This document shows, one piece after another, positions 11,501 to 19,706 of a DNA stretch of 39,726 bases; within the stretch, counting starts at the first letter, position 1, and each line of letters starts with the position of its first letter. The stretch is from a virus. Taxonomy: Duplodnaviria; Caudoviricetes. Location: IMG/VR virus record IMGVR_UViG_3300032081_000261, positions 1-39,726 of that record; one strand, 5' to 3'. The notes under the pieces are model-generated. The model was not told the DNA's origin. It saw only the letters and a program-made list of their open reading frames with translations, and ran no database searches. The position numbers and the translations under genes were made by a program.

Positions 11501-14500
11501 ATAGTGCTCAATTAGAAAGTCATTATGATAATTTAATAGATTTAGGATATCTAGAATCATCACCTCAAGACATACCATTGTTTAGCAGAGCATCTAGAAA
11601 TTTTAGCGATGGCAACTCTAATGAAAGCATCAAAAGAAGAGAAGCTGTAAAGGTAGCTGAAGAAAGAACAAAAGAAACACCTAGGGGTGATATACCTTTT
11701 TACAATATGAACGCTTCAGACATCGCCTTAGAAGCTGCTATAGAGTTTAATCAAGACCCTCTTAAGACTGCACCTGATGACATACCTACTTTTTCTAGAG
11801 CTATGCCATCTAATTTACAAGAAGCTGCAGATGCAGTAGGAGTTGCTACACCTAAACAATCACAAGCCACAAGATTAATTGACTTTGCATCTGACCCTAT
11901 TAACAGCATTAAAAAAAGATTTAAAACTTTTAGACAAAGTTATATAGATAGTAAAGACCTTCTTGATAAAAGAATACTTAAAGGATCAGAAGAAAATGAA
12001 GAAGTTAGACTAGCTAATAACACTGCAGATACAGCAAGTATAGCTGCAATTCGTATGGCAGATAGAGCAAGAGGTATTTTTCAACAAATGTTGTTAAAAG
12101 GTATACCAGTAGATGTTATAGAGAAATTACCTTCTTTGACTAAAGTTATTGATTTAGTAATTAACACAAGATATAACCCATTAATTGAAGGTGATACTTC
12201 TACAGGTGGATTAATGCAAATACTATCAGCACTTCAATCTGATCCTGAAGTAGATTTAGAAGGTGTGTTTGCTTTGTATGCTAAGTTAAAAAGAGTTAAA
12301 AAATTAAATGAAAGAGGAGAAGAAATAGCCTCTCCAATTACTTCTAAAGAACTACAAGCTATTGAAACTATTGAAAGAGAACATCCAGTAGTGGTAGAAA
12401 CATATAACAACTATCAAAAATGGAACAATGGATTAGTAAAGTTTGCTACTGAAAAAGGATTGTTAGATGCAGATCAAGCTGCAAAATGGATAGAACATTC
12501 AAGCTATTATCCTTTCTATAGAACTATGGTAGATGATGCAAATATTACTGCACCTACCATTGCAGGTGGCTCACTGCCTAACAACCCTTTAAATATGCCA
12601 ATGAAAGGGTCTGAAGAAAAAATTGATGTTGATCCTATAGAAGCTATAGCAAGAAACTCTTTATCTATTTTAACTGCTGCTATGAAGAATGATGGCATGA
12701 GAAAACTTATAAGAGACTTTGAACAACTTAATAATCCTGAAAAAGGAATAAAAGAAGCAACTCTTATTACAGATAAAAATAAATTAGCAGGAATAAATAG
12801 TGTATTTGTTTTTGAAAACGGAAATAAAAAACATTATCAAATTGCAGACATAGATTTATTTATGGCTATGCAATCTATAGGTGGTATTAAAGTAGATGGA
12901 ATTATGAAAGCTATTGCAATGCCTGCAGGATTATTAAGAGATACAGTAACTCGTGATCCTGGATTTGTATTTGTTAATGTATTAAGAGATACATTGTCTG
13001 CAGCAGTTACTTCTGGTGCACCATTAGGAGGTGAAGGATTTACACCAGTAATAGATTCATTTAAAAATTTATTTGGTGACATAAGTTCATTAGAAGAGTT
13101 TGGAGTCATAGGTGGATATGACTTTGCAAATGACGAAGGTGATGTAAAAGATTTCTTAAACAGAGCAAGAAGAAGAGCTGGACTCTCAACAAATAATGGT
13201 ATGAGACCTGATGTAGCATTTTATAAACTATGGGATGGATTGGGTCACTTAACAACTAAATCTGATGGAGCAACTAGAAAAGCTGTAGCAGATGCAGTCT
13301 ATAAAAAATTAAAAAAATCTATTGATCCAGTCACAGGAAAATATTACACAGAAGCTCAGGCTCAATCTGAAGCAGCTTATCAAGGATTAGAAATAATTAA
13401 CTTTGGAAGGCGTGGACAATCAACATCTTTTAAAATATTAACTACTGCAATTCCTTTTTTAAATGCAAGAGTTCAAGGTCTAGATGTTCTGTATAGATCA
13501 TTTACTGGTAAATATTCTGCACAAGATAAATTGCAAGAGGGTGGTTCATTAGAAGATTTACAAGGCATGATTATGCGTAGAGCATTAAGCAGAATGGCTG
13601 TGTTAATTGGTACAACTGCTTTGTATTACGCTTTGGTTAGTGATACTGATGAATATAAAGCAGAAAAGCTAGAAAAAAGAGATGACAATTGGATCATTCC
13701 TATAGGTGGTGGCAATGTTATTTATATACCAATTCCATTTGAAATAGGTATGTTAGGTAAAGCCATACCTGAAAGATTTTTTGATTTAATTAGTGGAGAA
13801 GATGCATTTTCTGAAACTTCAATTACAGATTTTAAAGAATCAGTATCTAGACAATTAAGCACATCTGCTGATATACCATTTTTAGGTGGAGATGTAAGCA
13901 TACAAGCAATCAAACCTATCTTTGAAGCAGTCACTAATAGAGCCTCATTTACTAACTCAGAAATAGTGCCTTACTTTATGGAAAAAGAAAAACCTGCCTA
14001 TCAAACAAGAGAGTCAACTAATGAATTGTTTAGACTAATAGGAGAACAATTTAACATATCCCCAATCAAACTTGAGTACATCTTCAAAGGCTACACAGGA
14101 ACACTAGGAGGTTATGCCTTGACTATCACTGATGCTCTTGCAAGGTCAGTGACTGGCACACCTCTCATGCCACCTAACATCAAACAAATTCCTGTTGTTG
14201 GTAGGTTTGTTGGCGATCAAGAAAGGATGGGAGGACTGCAACAACAATTCTATAAACTCAGAGAAGAGGTTAATACTGCTGTGACCACCATGAACTCTCT
14301 CAGAGAAGATGGCAGAATGGATGAACTCTACGCTTACAGAAACCAAGTACAAGGACTGTTAAATGCAAAAGGTCAGGTCAGAGCCATAGAAAGATACATG
14401 AGGAATTGGAGAAAAAGAAGAGATAGGATTCTCAACAGAACAGACATCAACGCAAATGTTAGAAGTGATATGTTGTTAGACTTGCAAATAGAAAGAGATA

Positions 14501-14577
14501 AAAGACTGGCAATGATTCCTGAACTAAGACAAAAAGCAGATATCCCACCTGATACAGTGGGTGTCATCCTGCGATAG
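5512..14577 (+). CDS. Large polyvalent internal virion protein (two zincin-like HExxH motifs, ParB/Srx-like motif, LPD38-like C-terminus)
   Basis: 3021 aa; HEMIH 7972-7986, HENIH 9496-9510, GHEGRHR 11128-11148. C-terminal INFGRRG..IPFLNARVQG..RDDNWIIP..IPIPFEIG resembles LPD38. Confidence 0.7.
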   Translation: MKEVTLPDGKVIKIPDNLDPVKRSELAAAVSRQYDGFNIDEPTLSGRAVEFGKAIPRQGLATLASAIKGPVALFDVGDDSDLYKGITDFEKYLQEDSALAPEAGYEDLYSTKLGGAFGSFIPFLGAGVVGGALAKAGTIGARAGQYGIPLGLAVPAGMGQQADLIEASRGLGEEVGGFKETVATLLGGAIGATEIMPVANILKKVPRKALEDLPTKQLILEYMKSAAQSGTFEGAQEVAASLLQNMVARGLYSDELPLIDSVFEEFTLGGIVGGTADLVFNSMQKRRGIATHEEGERAERAKVDSNKLIEAKKAELAEQQGVLPVIQDQPFKVAPNIPAPVEPAIAPDLQIIENTDSTFSLLDQNNLENPVIKTVPTQAEALAENKKVKDAFAQTQIIQQLNNDLYSQGLINSSTAYRIGESLLNPNSISVGINTIIKYDPKAKNKTLKEYREELETAGTYNKLPFQNQYTIADAQKLLNKSQFNQFASDAAAKIFETSEKNGIPSIRDGKQTIDTSRKYIKEFAAGKNIELDFNTPAVNYAAKLYTGESNYSKMSKGQKELFLAKLHSLPSFNVKTPFPNFAPRAYSAKDTADFVATIGSTEFTGKDVQNFLGNREISTLAASDFLRDLDQSGRAQFVKGKEKGFLTSVRQIRPNFEFDIARRAEGFNESPEEFRARLESQGELKPEVIEQMVQNETARQEPYTPPEQLEEQTINFAEAIEEGRTNKFAKELRKSLDARGLKDTGIVVSNDILSTSVLKEQDGQIAFDPRITRETAEEGAVEGEYDKNTDIIFLSLNAVNPDGNATDAEIQTRLNKILDHEMIHALRAKDLITESEYRYLKNLVKNKRVPQAVDAQAFEKKETFYDRSKRINKGIEKYGASTNKKEEIYIEEAIAELFRAREVVAKDVPPKAKGIYNKIVQFFQSIGNAMKISGYNKAADIFQDIEAGRVGARARGEIRTLRDLDQAGRAQAQVVTDYEDDAETPTGPVVETKVKPTSPRPLAFDPRSTPTTTPPTTPTTPVTPTTPVAPTTLVPQGKNPPIKFKNPYAYNHLVRYYSEFNGGDATDYQVFRDFLPQTKNLKNFAKKFEEDGDVNFLQELLKVAGFDTNTVKGRKAKEIFDADVKRYEDGTFTFYPNISSKPYNITSDPEFDTLTTTPTTPPVATPPVTPSKPTTIFDNRSISNEEYIQQRTNILLGLQKAGVIDQDIFDADGNVINTKKGNNDSIKMLKWLIDNSPSEDYKIIAQKTHKSLLDLQKIGYKFPFEIENKINSFRGQITPLQADGKTIATNRKRTAVLSMQISDPNDFYNVDKDQWRSNNGVNFETLLHENIHQATVAQMFAVKDGNATGDAQSFARVENAYKELQSQQKRLKKHYDDKIKYYRNASKQLDNSKVQKEIAEKLFDLAANNPIEAEIAQIFIKENPDVPYTYIQQNTYLSQINLEAFREFEIGYQLFGKGKQKEQDVSEMITFGLTNRNFQKMLESIPYKNNKTLWQGFVESIRKILGIPAKLDTELSAFLSNAAEVLDLGQTGLESLVPRAPPIEPEKKPKKPKEPDTVPFATRPTEVVVTKPFTYTKAKPEEAGMDIVYHNGELNNYKLQIFKFDDGSWYLESPAEQIINGVTLKSDISSINLNAFNKKDAVTNVKNLWLQLLRNGSYTYGVRGENKLILDEGVTLNEARQDVPTFSRISKRGELDNRIADLDRRIEIKENTLRQDGQYLGTASYNRMSNEIDVLKGQRARLVEERNNLPPEQVPLFSRAATKDSPAYLDLTKENLEYTNEWAKNETENTSRLVLPFITRMPIDDFLMLTSDKTIFELIKSEKPKNVDVMGDTVALNPNFDPDIFNKLPRRMNRYVGAYPYLSINEDGKVIGHEGRHRLVLGQKDGAIDAPVIIMFEPTGKALPQKEKIYSANNLEDLGIKFLLPQFKKSLTDKVELLVDTNIINDQNINQALAIATLPDGIQERQRLNNEDKQSALFSIQQIQSVPANLKNDFRYSAQLESHYDNLIDLGYLESSPQDIPLFSRASRNFSDGNSNESIKRREAVKVAEERTKETPRGDIPFYNMNASDIALEAAIEFNQDPLKTAPDDIPTFSRAMPSNLQEAADAVGVATPKQSQATRLIDFASDPINSIKKRFKTFRQSYIDSKDLLDKRILKGSEENEEVRLANNTADTASIAAIRMADRARGIFQQMLLKGIPVDVIEKLPSLTKVIDLVINTRYNPLIEGDTSTGGLMQILSALQSDPEVDLEGVFALYAKLKRVKKLNERGEEIASPITSKELQAIETIEREHPVVVETYNNYQKWNNGLVKFATEKGLLDADQAAKWIEHSSYYPFYRTMVDDANITAPTIAGGSLPNNPLNMPMKGSEEKIDVDPIEAIARNSLSILTAAMKNDGMRKLIRDFEQLNNPEKGIKEATLITDKNKLAGINSVFVFENGNKKHYQIADIDLFMAMQSIGGIKVDGIMKAIAMPAGLLRDTVTRDPGFVFVNVLRDTLSAAVTSGAPLGGEGFTPVIDSFKNLFGDISSLEEFGVIGGYDFANDEGDVKDFLNRARRRAGLSTNNGMRPDVAFYKLWDGLGHLTTKSDGATRKAVADAVYKKLKKSIDPVTGKYYTEAQAQSEAAYQGLEIINFGRRGQSTSFKILTTAIPFLNARVQGLDVLYRSFTGKYSAQDKLQEGGSLEDLQGMIMRRALSRMAVLIGTTALYYALVSDTDEYKAEKLEKRDDNWIIPIGGGNVIYIPIPFEIGMLGKAIPERFFDLISGEDAFSETSITDFKESVSRQLSTSADIPFLGGDVSIQAIKPIFEAVTNRASFTNSEIVPYFMEKEKPAYQTRESTNELFRLIGEQFNISPIKLEYIFKGYTGTLGGYALTITDALARSVTGTPLMPPNIKQIPVVGRFVGDQERMGGLQQQFYKLREEVNTAVTTMNSLREDGRMDELYAYRNQVQGLLNAKGQVRAIERYMRNWRKRRDRILNRTDINANVRSDMLLDLQIERDKRLAMIPELRQKADIPPDTVGVILR

Positions 14578-14578
14578 G

Positions 14579-15037
14579 TTATCTCTTACCAGTAAATAAT
14601 ATATTTTTCTGGGCTGCCAGACGCTGCGATTTCTGGTTCACCCTTTCAACTGCGTTGCTTAGATCAACTATTTTGTCTGACATTCGATCAATGTTTTCAT
14701 CCACACTCTTTAGCTGTTCGATGATTTTCTCTTCCTTAAATTGTTTTAACTTAAAGAAGTCATTGTGATCAGGATGACGAGCATGAAACAGACGAGCATA
14801 AAAGCTGATGTAATCATTGCTGATTTTAAACTCCCCACCATTGGTTTCTATCTCCCTGTTCCACCTAATCCGATTAATGATTGCCCAATGAGAGTAATGC
14901 TTTCTGCCAGTCTTAATAGCTTCTAGCGTATACTCCTCAAACTTATTCCACACTTGAGGGTTCTTCTTATGCCACTCCCACCAAGCCTCTTTCCTTTCTT
15001 GTAGCTTTTGTTCAAGCTGTTCTATCATCATCGACAT
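14579..15037 (-). CDS. Conserved phage hypothetical protein
   Basis: 152 aa, motif H..NP.VW..F...IINRIRW...FKISND...FYARLF. Confidence 0.7.
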   Translation of the reverse strand: MSMMIEQLEQKLQERKEAWWEWHKKNPQVWNKFEEYTLEAIKTGRKHYSHWAIINRIRWNREIETNGGEFKISNDYISFYARLFHARHPDHNDFFKLKQFKEEKIIEQLKSVDENIDRMSDKIVDLSNAVERVNQKSQRLAAQKNILFTGKR

Positions 15038-15227
15038 TATCTTCCTCCATTAATTTTTCTAACCATCCTGCCATTTTAAAACCACTTTCATTTTTAATAT
15101 CTTTTACCAATATTCTAGGCAAGTAATACTTGTTAGCAATATCAGTAATAATCTGAAGTAAATCTTCTCTATCTATATTCTCTGCCCATTGCTTGACTTC
15201 ATCGTAAGTCACTTCATCTTTATTCAT
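15012..15227 (-). CDS. Hypothetical protein
   Basis: 71 aa, SD AAGGAG, overlaps neighbours in the operon. Confidence 0.65.
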   Translation of the reverse strand: MNKDEVTYDEVKQWAENIDREDLLQIITDIANKYYLPRILVKDIKNESGFKMAGWLEKLMEEDNVDDDRTA

Positions 15228-15627
15228 CTTTACTCCTTACTAATGGAAAACACTTAATCGTAAGTTCACATCTAGGGTTATGTTTATCCACACCCCCAAA
15301 TACATACGACACCTTTTTAATCTGTTTAAAACTATCATCCTCTATGATCTCAGCCTTGACCAAAGCATCGCAAGTAAACTTATCTATAATAGAACAAGGA
15401 TTACTCACATCTAATCTTCGATTGCTTTTGGCATAGTAAACATACTCTAAGGAAACAGGGTCATTAAACTTAGCAAAGTCTTTTATCCTTTCTACTAAGT
15501 TTTCTGTATAGATTTTCTTTGCAATGGACAAAATCCTGTAATGAGCATTGCGATAATTGTTTAGGTTCAGGATAAATTTCTTCTTTTCAGAGTAGTAAAC
15601 TTCAAGAGGTAAGGTCACGAAGGTCAT
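15220..15627 (-). CDS. rusA: RusA-like Holliday junction resolvase
   Basis: RRLDVSN...KFTCDAL...IIEDD fits the RusA DxxN/K..D/DD catalytic pattern; C-terminal NPRCELTI. Confidence 0.75.
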   Translation of the reverse strand: MTFVTLPLEVYYSEKKKFILNLNNYRNAHYRILSIAKKIYTENLVERIKDFAKFNDPVSLEYVYYAKSNRRLDVSNPCSIIDKFTCDALVKAEIIEDDSFKQIKKVSYVFGGVDKHNPRCELTIKCFPLVRSKDE

Positions 15628-15695
15628 ATTCTATTGACTGGTAAAATATATTTTATAACCGACTGCTGTGTTATTGCAACGATCCATTCCAGCCG

Positions 15696-15872
15696 TCATT
15701 CTGTTTCTACAAAAACCATAAACTGATCTTCATCTATTTTTAATATGGCTACAATGTGTTCGCCTTTAAACTTGCGTTCCACACCAGTAAACGATTTGCC
15801 TTTAACAACATGGGTATCAACTTGGAAGTCTCCCTCTGTTGTTTCTACTATGATTGATTTAAGACTTATCAT
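15696..15872 (-). CDS. Small hypothetical protein (58 aa, not in ORF track)
   Basis: MISLKSIIVETTEGDFQVDTHVVKGKSFTGVERKFKGEHIVAILKIDEDQFMVFVETE; SD GGAG; fills an operon gap. Confidence 0.65.
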   Translation of the reverse strand: MISLKSIIVETTEGDFQVDTHVVKGKSFTGVERKFKGEHIVAILKIDEDQFMVFVETE

Positions 15873-16125
15873 TACGCAACTCCATTAGATTATTCCATTT
15901 GTATAGCTTCTTGGTTTCATGATCATAAAAATTGCCTTTGTATTCTTGTTGATAGGACACCTTTACAGAATAAGCAATGTTCTTGAAGTCTAATTCTATT
16001 CTTTTTACAGACCTAATCAGTTCTTCTTTAATTTCTTGATCACTAGGCATATGGTCAAACTCAAAATAAAAGAAAGGCTGAACAACCACCTTTTCTATTT
16101 TTGATTTAGTCTTAAAGTCTTTCAT
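15859..16125 (-). CDS. Hypothetical protein
   Basis: 88 aa, ATGA overlap with the upstream gene. Confidence 0.65.
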   Translation of the reverse strand: MKDFKTKSKIEKVVVQPFFYFEFDHMPSDQEIKEELIRSVKRIELDFKNIAYSVKVSYQQEYKGNFYDHETKKLYKWNNLMELRNDKS

Positions 16126-16430
16126 GTATTCTCCACTATACCATTCACTTGATTTAATAATTCCTGTTCAGTTCCATAAGCTTTCTCAAACCTCTTCTTC
16201 CAAGGATGCCTACTGATAATAGGTTCAGAATCCTTACCACCACGATGATGGTCAAAACATAAAGGTAATATATGCATATGTGCATCTTCTTTAGTCTTGC
16301 CATAAACATGATGGATTTCTACAGCATGATTGGGAAAGCCTTTGTTAAGACACACAATACAACCTATCTGAAAAACTGCATCCATGTGTCTCTTCTCTTT
16401 AGCGTTTGGGTTTCTTCCTTTTATTGCCAT
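16122..16430 (-). CDS. Ref/DUF968-like HNH-type Zn-binding nuclease
   Basis: GCIVC..EIHH..LPLCFDHH..H...FEKAYGTE motif; start moved to ATG 16430. Confidence 0.7.
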   Translation of the reverse strand: MAIKGRNPNAKEKRHMDAVFQIGCIVCLNKGFPNHAVEIHHVYGKTKEDAHMHILPLCFDHHRGGKDSEPIISRHPWKKRFEKAYGTEQELLNQVNGIVENT

Positions 16431-16509
16431 CTTTCTTACCAAATATCCTTTCCCAATTGTCTTGATACTGCGTTCCCTTTTCAGGTCTCCTCTTGCTACC
16501 CTTGGACAT
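16399..16509 (-). CDS. Small basic phage protein (36 aa, not in ORF track)
   Basis: MSKGSKRRPEKGTQYQDNWERIFGKKDGNKRKKPKR; I recall the MSKGS..RP...NW.RIF pattern from aquatic phages. Confidence 0.6.
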   Translation of the reverse strand: MSKGSKRRPEKGTQYQDNWERIFGKKDGNKRKKPKR

Positions 16510-16624
16510 CTTCATCCCATATAAAACTTACAGTAGTCTTACCAAAAGAATCATACTGAATTTTCCATACCTTAAAAGGACAAGCATTAAGCCAAGCATA
16601 GAAGTCTCTAGCTTTTTGGTTCAT
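16496..16624 (-). CDS. Small hypothetical protein (42 aa, not in ORF track)
   Basis: MNQKARDFYAWLNACPFKVWKIQYDSFGKTTVSFIWDEDVQG; ATGA overlap with the upstream stop. Confidence 0.6.
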   Translation of the reverse strand: MNQKARDFYAWLNACPFKVWKIQYDSFGKTTVSFIWDEDVQG

Positions 16625-16959
16625 GCTCCATACCTCTTGCGTTCTTCTCTAGCGTTGACCATCTTAGTCCTCCACTCCTCAAAGCCTACCTCTAATGCTT
16701 TTAACTGCACCTTGAGAGCAGACAAGCCACCTTTGGCTTCGCCTACTCTTAATCTAGCGTTATAGACTTCATCCTGTGCTTCTGCCCAAGTATCTTGAGC
16801 AGAAGTAGTTTTCATCCCATCAGCCAGTGCCTTGAGTTTGAGAGTAGCTAACAACTGTTTTACATCAGCTTCATTTTTAAAGACTAAGTATTCAGTTTTC
16901 TCTATCAATGGTGCAAGAGTTCTAATCTGATGCATCCACGATTCTACTTGCTCATCCAC
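16621..16959 (-). CDS. Helical phage protein, possibly UvsY-like recombination mediator
   Basis: 112 aa coiled coil, GTG start with SD AAGGAG, near the SSB and annealase genes. Confidence 0.5.
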   Translation of the reverse strand: MDEQVESWMHQIRTLAPLIEKTEYLVFKNEADVKQLLATLKLKALADGMKTTSAQDTWAEAQDEVYNARLRVGEAKGGLSALKVQLKALEVGFEEWRTKMVNAREERKRYGA

Positions 16960-16961
16960 TC

Positions 16962-17201
16962 TTAATTCTCCTTGGTAAAGAATTTGCCTATCTGATCTTC
17001 AACATTGTTTAATGCTTTTCTACCATGCATCTCGTTGAATACTCGTTTGGCAATCTGTTCAGTGTATGGTTCTTCATTGTGCAATCTTCTCTCTTGAGTA
17101 TTCATGCTAAACCATGTGCTGAAATTAGCTTCGTAAGTTTCGTTATCGTCATAATGAAATTCTTCCATGTCACACCCCCAATTTGTTTTTATGGTATTCA
17201 T
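16962..17201 (-). CDS. Conserved phage hypothetical protein (start may be the internal MEEFHYD)
   Basis: YD...TYEANF..W..MN..ER motif. Confidence 0.6.
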   Translation of the reverse strand: MNTIKTNWGCDMEEFHYDDNETYEANFSTWFSMNTQERRLHNEEPYTEQIAKRVFNEMHGRKALNNVEDQIGKFFTKEN

Positions 17202-17415
17202 CTCTCTGTTCTTCTATCTTGAAAAACATATAGTCCATCAAGAGAGAATGTGGGGTTGACCCACTTCCCTCTACGATTGGTTTCAACTGCTCGATCAATT
17301 CCGAGTAGTTTTTCATTAGCTCAAAAAATATATACTGGTCAATAGAATTTTCTATCTCCTGTATCAACTCTTTGCCATGCAAGGTTTTCACCTCAGAAAG
17401 GGATATCGTCATCAC
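17170..17415 (-). CDS. Hypothetical protein (start uncertain)
   Basis: 81-aa ORF filling an operon slot. Confidence 0.5.
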   Translation of the reverse strand: MMTISLSEVKTLHGKELIQEIENSIDQYIFFELMKNYSELIEQLKPIVEGSGSTPHSLLMDYMFFKIEEQRDEYHKNKLGV

Positions 17416-17713
17416 TAATCTCAGGTTTGTTTACAGGCTCTACTGGTCTTGGGTCTGCCACAAAGTCATCAGGTTTCTTCTGTGGCTGTGGAATGTCTAG
17501 TCGAGCATACTTGTAATCGTTGCCATTCTTAGACTGTCTATCCCAAAGAGCAACACGCATCTCTGCTTCTTGCCCACTCTTTACTTTCTCAACTAAAGCC
17601 TTGAGTAAGTTCTTATCCAAGACAACCTTGCCTGTCCAATCAGGCTGTTTCTCGTTGTCTTTATAGTTATTAGTGAAGATTGCTCCATCACTCTGCATCC
17701 TTTCCTCAGTCAT
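17393..17713 (-). CDS. Single-stranded DNA-binding-like protein
   Basis: GAIF.N..K....PDWTG motif; acidic tail ending DDIPF like the SSB C-terminal tip; directly after the annealase. Confidence 0.7.
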   Translation of the reverse strand: MTEERMQSDGAIFTNNYKDNEKQPDWTGKVVLDKNLLKALVEKVKSGQEAEMRVALWDRQSKNGNDYKYARLDIPQPQKKPDDFVADPRPVEPVNKPEISDDDIPF

Positions 17714-18413
17714 CGTTTACCTCCTTTGGTAATTTACTTATAAATTCTTGAATAGCCACATCTAAGGCTTCCTTATGCTTAGGAAACTTATCTTTAAGAG
17801 TTCCTACTGCTTCGCTGTTGCTTTTGTATGCATCGACAACTTGTTCTCTAGTGCTGTAAAGAGCCAAAGTATCTCTGAAACCTTGAACAAAAGCATCTGC
17901 CCAACCTTTAGACCCCATAGCATCTTCCTCAACAACTTCTTCCTTTACAGGTTCAGCTTTCTTGGATGGTGTTTTCTTGCCTTTAGGCTGTTCATCTATA
18001 GATTCATCAGGCAAAGTCTCATCAGCCATACCAGTAAAGACTGATATGCCTAATCCAAACATCGCTACACATTTAACCAAGCATCGCATCGCATTATCTG
18101 ATACTTGCCTAGCATGAGGATTGACCACTGGATTATTCTTATAGTCCATTACTGGTAATCTCATCTCTCTTACCAAGTCATCAATCATAATTCTAGTCAC
18201 AACCTCAGCAGTGCCATCAGGTAGAGTCTTGTAAGGCACTCCATCGAAATCGACAAACTCATATTGTGCTTGTGGATAATGCTCACATAGAAGCATCCAC
18301 ATCCTTGACCAACTTAAATAAGTTAGTTTCATTTTCTCCTCAGTGTGTTTTGACACATCCACTTTGGATAGTGTTTCCCACACATCTTTATAGGTTAGTT
18401 TTTTCTCAGCCAT
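17706..18413 (-). CDS. Sak/DUF1071 Rad52-like single-strand annealing protein
   Basis: LTYLSW...LPVMDYKN...RCLVKCVAMFGLG; SD GAGGAGG. Confidence 0.8.
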   Translation of the reverse strand: MAEKKLTYKDVWETLSKVDVSKHTEEKMKLTYLSWSRMWMLLCEHYPQAQYEFVDFDGVPYKTLPDGTAEVVTRIMIDDLVREMRLPVMDYKNNPVVNPHARQVSDNAMRCLVKCVAMFGLGISVFTGMADETLPDESIDEQPKGKKTPSKKAEPVKEEVVEEDAMGSKGWADAFVQGFRDTLALYSTREQVVDAYKSNSEAVGTLKDKFPKHKEALDVAIQEFISKLPKEVNDD

Positions 18414-18473
18414 TTTATACCTCCTCAGTATTTAGTTTTTTATCCATTACTTCTTCATTCATCTTCGTTCTCC

Positions 18474-18590
18474 TTATAGACCTAGTTTCTGTAATCGTTG
18501 TTCGATAATATCTTCTTCTGATTTTAATAAATCAGCATAATCAGTAGTTAGCATCAATACCAATTCTTCTATTATTTCTCTATCAGTCAT
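18474..18590 (-). CDS. Small hypothetical protein (38 aa, not in ORF track)
   Basis: MTDREIIEELVLMLTTDYADLLKSEEDIIEQRLQKLGL; overlaps the upstream stop. Confidence 0.45.
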   Translation of the reverse strand: MTDREIIEELVLMLTTDYADLLKSEEDIIEQRLQKLGL

Positions 18591-18819
18591 TACTTCTTCT
18601 TATCTCTTGTGGAAATAAATACTCAGAATGTATTTCTAAAGTTTCCCAACTCACACCAATAGTCGCATCATGTTTGTTTTGTACATAACCCAAAACATCC
18701 ATACACGCTTCATCATCTAGATCAGGTCTAATCTCTTTGACATCTTCGATTGACCATATGATCGCTATAGAATTGGTATCGTTATAACCATATCCATAGT
18801 CTGTTTTTGTATCACTCAT
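18583..18819 (-). CDS. Conserved phage hypothetical protein
   Basis: IAIIWSIEDV...RPDL..E.C..VL......HDATIGVSW motif. Confidence 0.7.
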   Translation of the reverse strand: MSDTKTDYGYGYNDTNSIAIIWSIEDVKEIRPDLDDEACMDVLGYVQNKHDATIGVSWETLEIHSEYLFPQEIRRSND

Positions 18820-19706
18820 AAGTTCTCCCTTTTATATTGATCACAAAATTCAGCCACATCACAATAGTCTTTACATCGAATAGCTTCTCCCTTGAGAAAT
18901 TCTATGTTTAGAATCTTCTTGTCATCGTGACCATCTACAAACTCATCAGCTAATTCTTGCGTATCTAAAACACGCAGAGCAGATTTCCTACCCTTTTTCA
19001 TAACTCGATAAGCATCCTTTCTTCTCCACACCTCAGCATCACTGCACAAAGGCAATGTCTTACTGATTAGATAATCAGCTTCTGCATCTTGATGGATTGA
19101 AACTCGTTGTTTAATAAACTCTTCTTGTTCTTCTTCACTCCATTTGGTAATAGGAATGACACTGACTGGTGCTTTGGGATAATCATCTCCACTTCTCAGC
19201 ATTTGGTTTTTGCTCCAGTCTCGATTGATCGTAATAATATTTAACTGGTCAATAGAAATTTCAGGATAGTTCTGACGAAGCAACCAATCGTAGCAATTAA
19301 GCTGTTGCTCCCACTCTATCTTCCCATCTTTCATTGCAGAGATTACAGACCAAACAGAGGTGACTTTGTAATCTTTTAAAGTGTTAGTGCCTAATGAGAT
19401 TGAATCTGTCTGACCACTGATAGTCCAACCATTGACCTTAGCAAACATCCTCTCCTCTGTAATGGTGTCCTCGTTGCCCTCATTGGCTCTTTCAAGGATA
19501 GTGTGAACACTTTGACCTAATAGCTTCCAAATCTCGTTAGAGACATCCACACTGATCTCAGAGTCATGTTCCTCTTTAAGTAGTCTAATGCGAGGAGGAG
19601 CAAGTAAACCAGTGACTGACATAGTAGAAGCACCTTTAGAGTAGCTATCGTTATGCACTGCCCTGATTATTTCTTCAGGGATGTTTTGATTGTTAGTGTA
19701 TTTCAA
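18816..19706 (-). CDS. PD-(D/E)XK exonuclease (Cas4/RecB-like)
   Basis: G..VH, E, SGQTD, DYK, QL..Y motifs and four C-terminal Cys; likely TTG start at 19706 (MKYTNN) with SD AAGGA. Confidence 0.75.
   Translation of the reverse strand: MKYTNNQNIPEEIIRAVHNDSYSKGASTMSVTGLLAPPRIRLLKEEHDSEISVDVSNEIWKLLGQSVHTILERANEGNEDTITEERMFAKVNGWTISGQTDSISLGTNTLKDYKVTSVWSVISAMKDGKIEWEQQLNCYDWLLRQNYPEISIDQLNIITINRDWSKNQMLRSGDDYPKAPVSVIPITKWSEEEQEEFIKQRVSIHQDAEADYLISKTLPLCSDAEVWRRKDAYRVMKKGRKSALRVLDTQELADEFVDGHDDKKILNIEFLKGEAIRCKDYCDVAEFCDQYKRENL

Noticed and set aside
718-14567. Short antisense and alternate-frame ORFs within the virion genes (likewise in primase, vWA, TerL, portal and head genes)
   Set aside because: Shadow ORFs nested in long, motif-supported genes, without RBS support
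15284-15292. Isolated TTATCCACA
   Set aside because: Single copy inside the RusA-like CDS; compatible with chance
18816-19706. CRISPR-associated cas4
   Set aside because: No array or other cas genes; the context (annealase, SSB) indicates a recombination exonuclease
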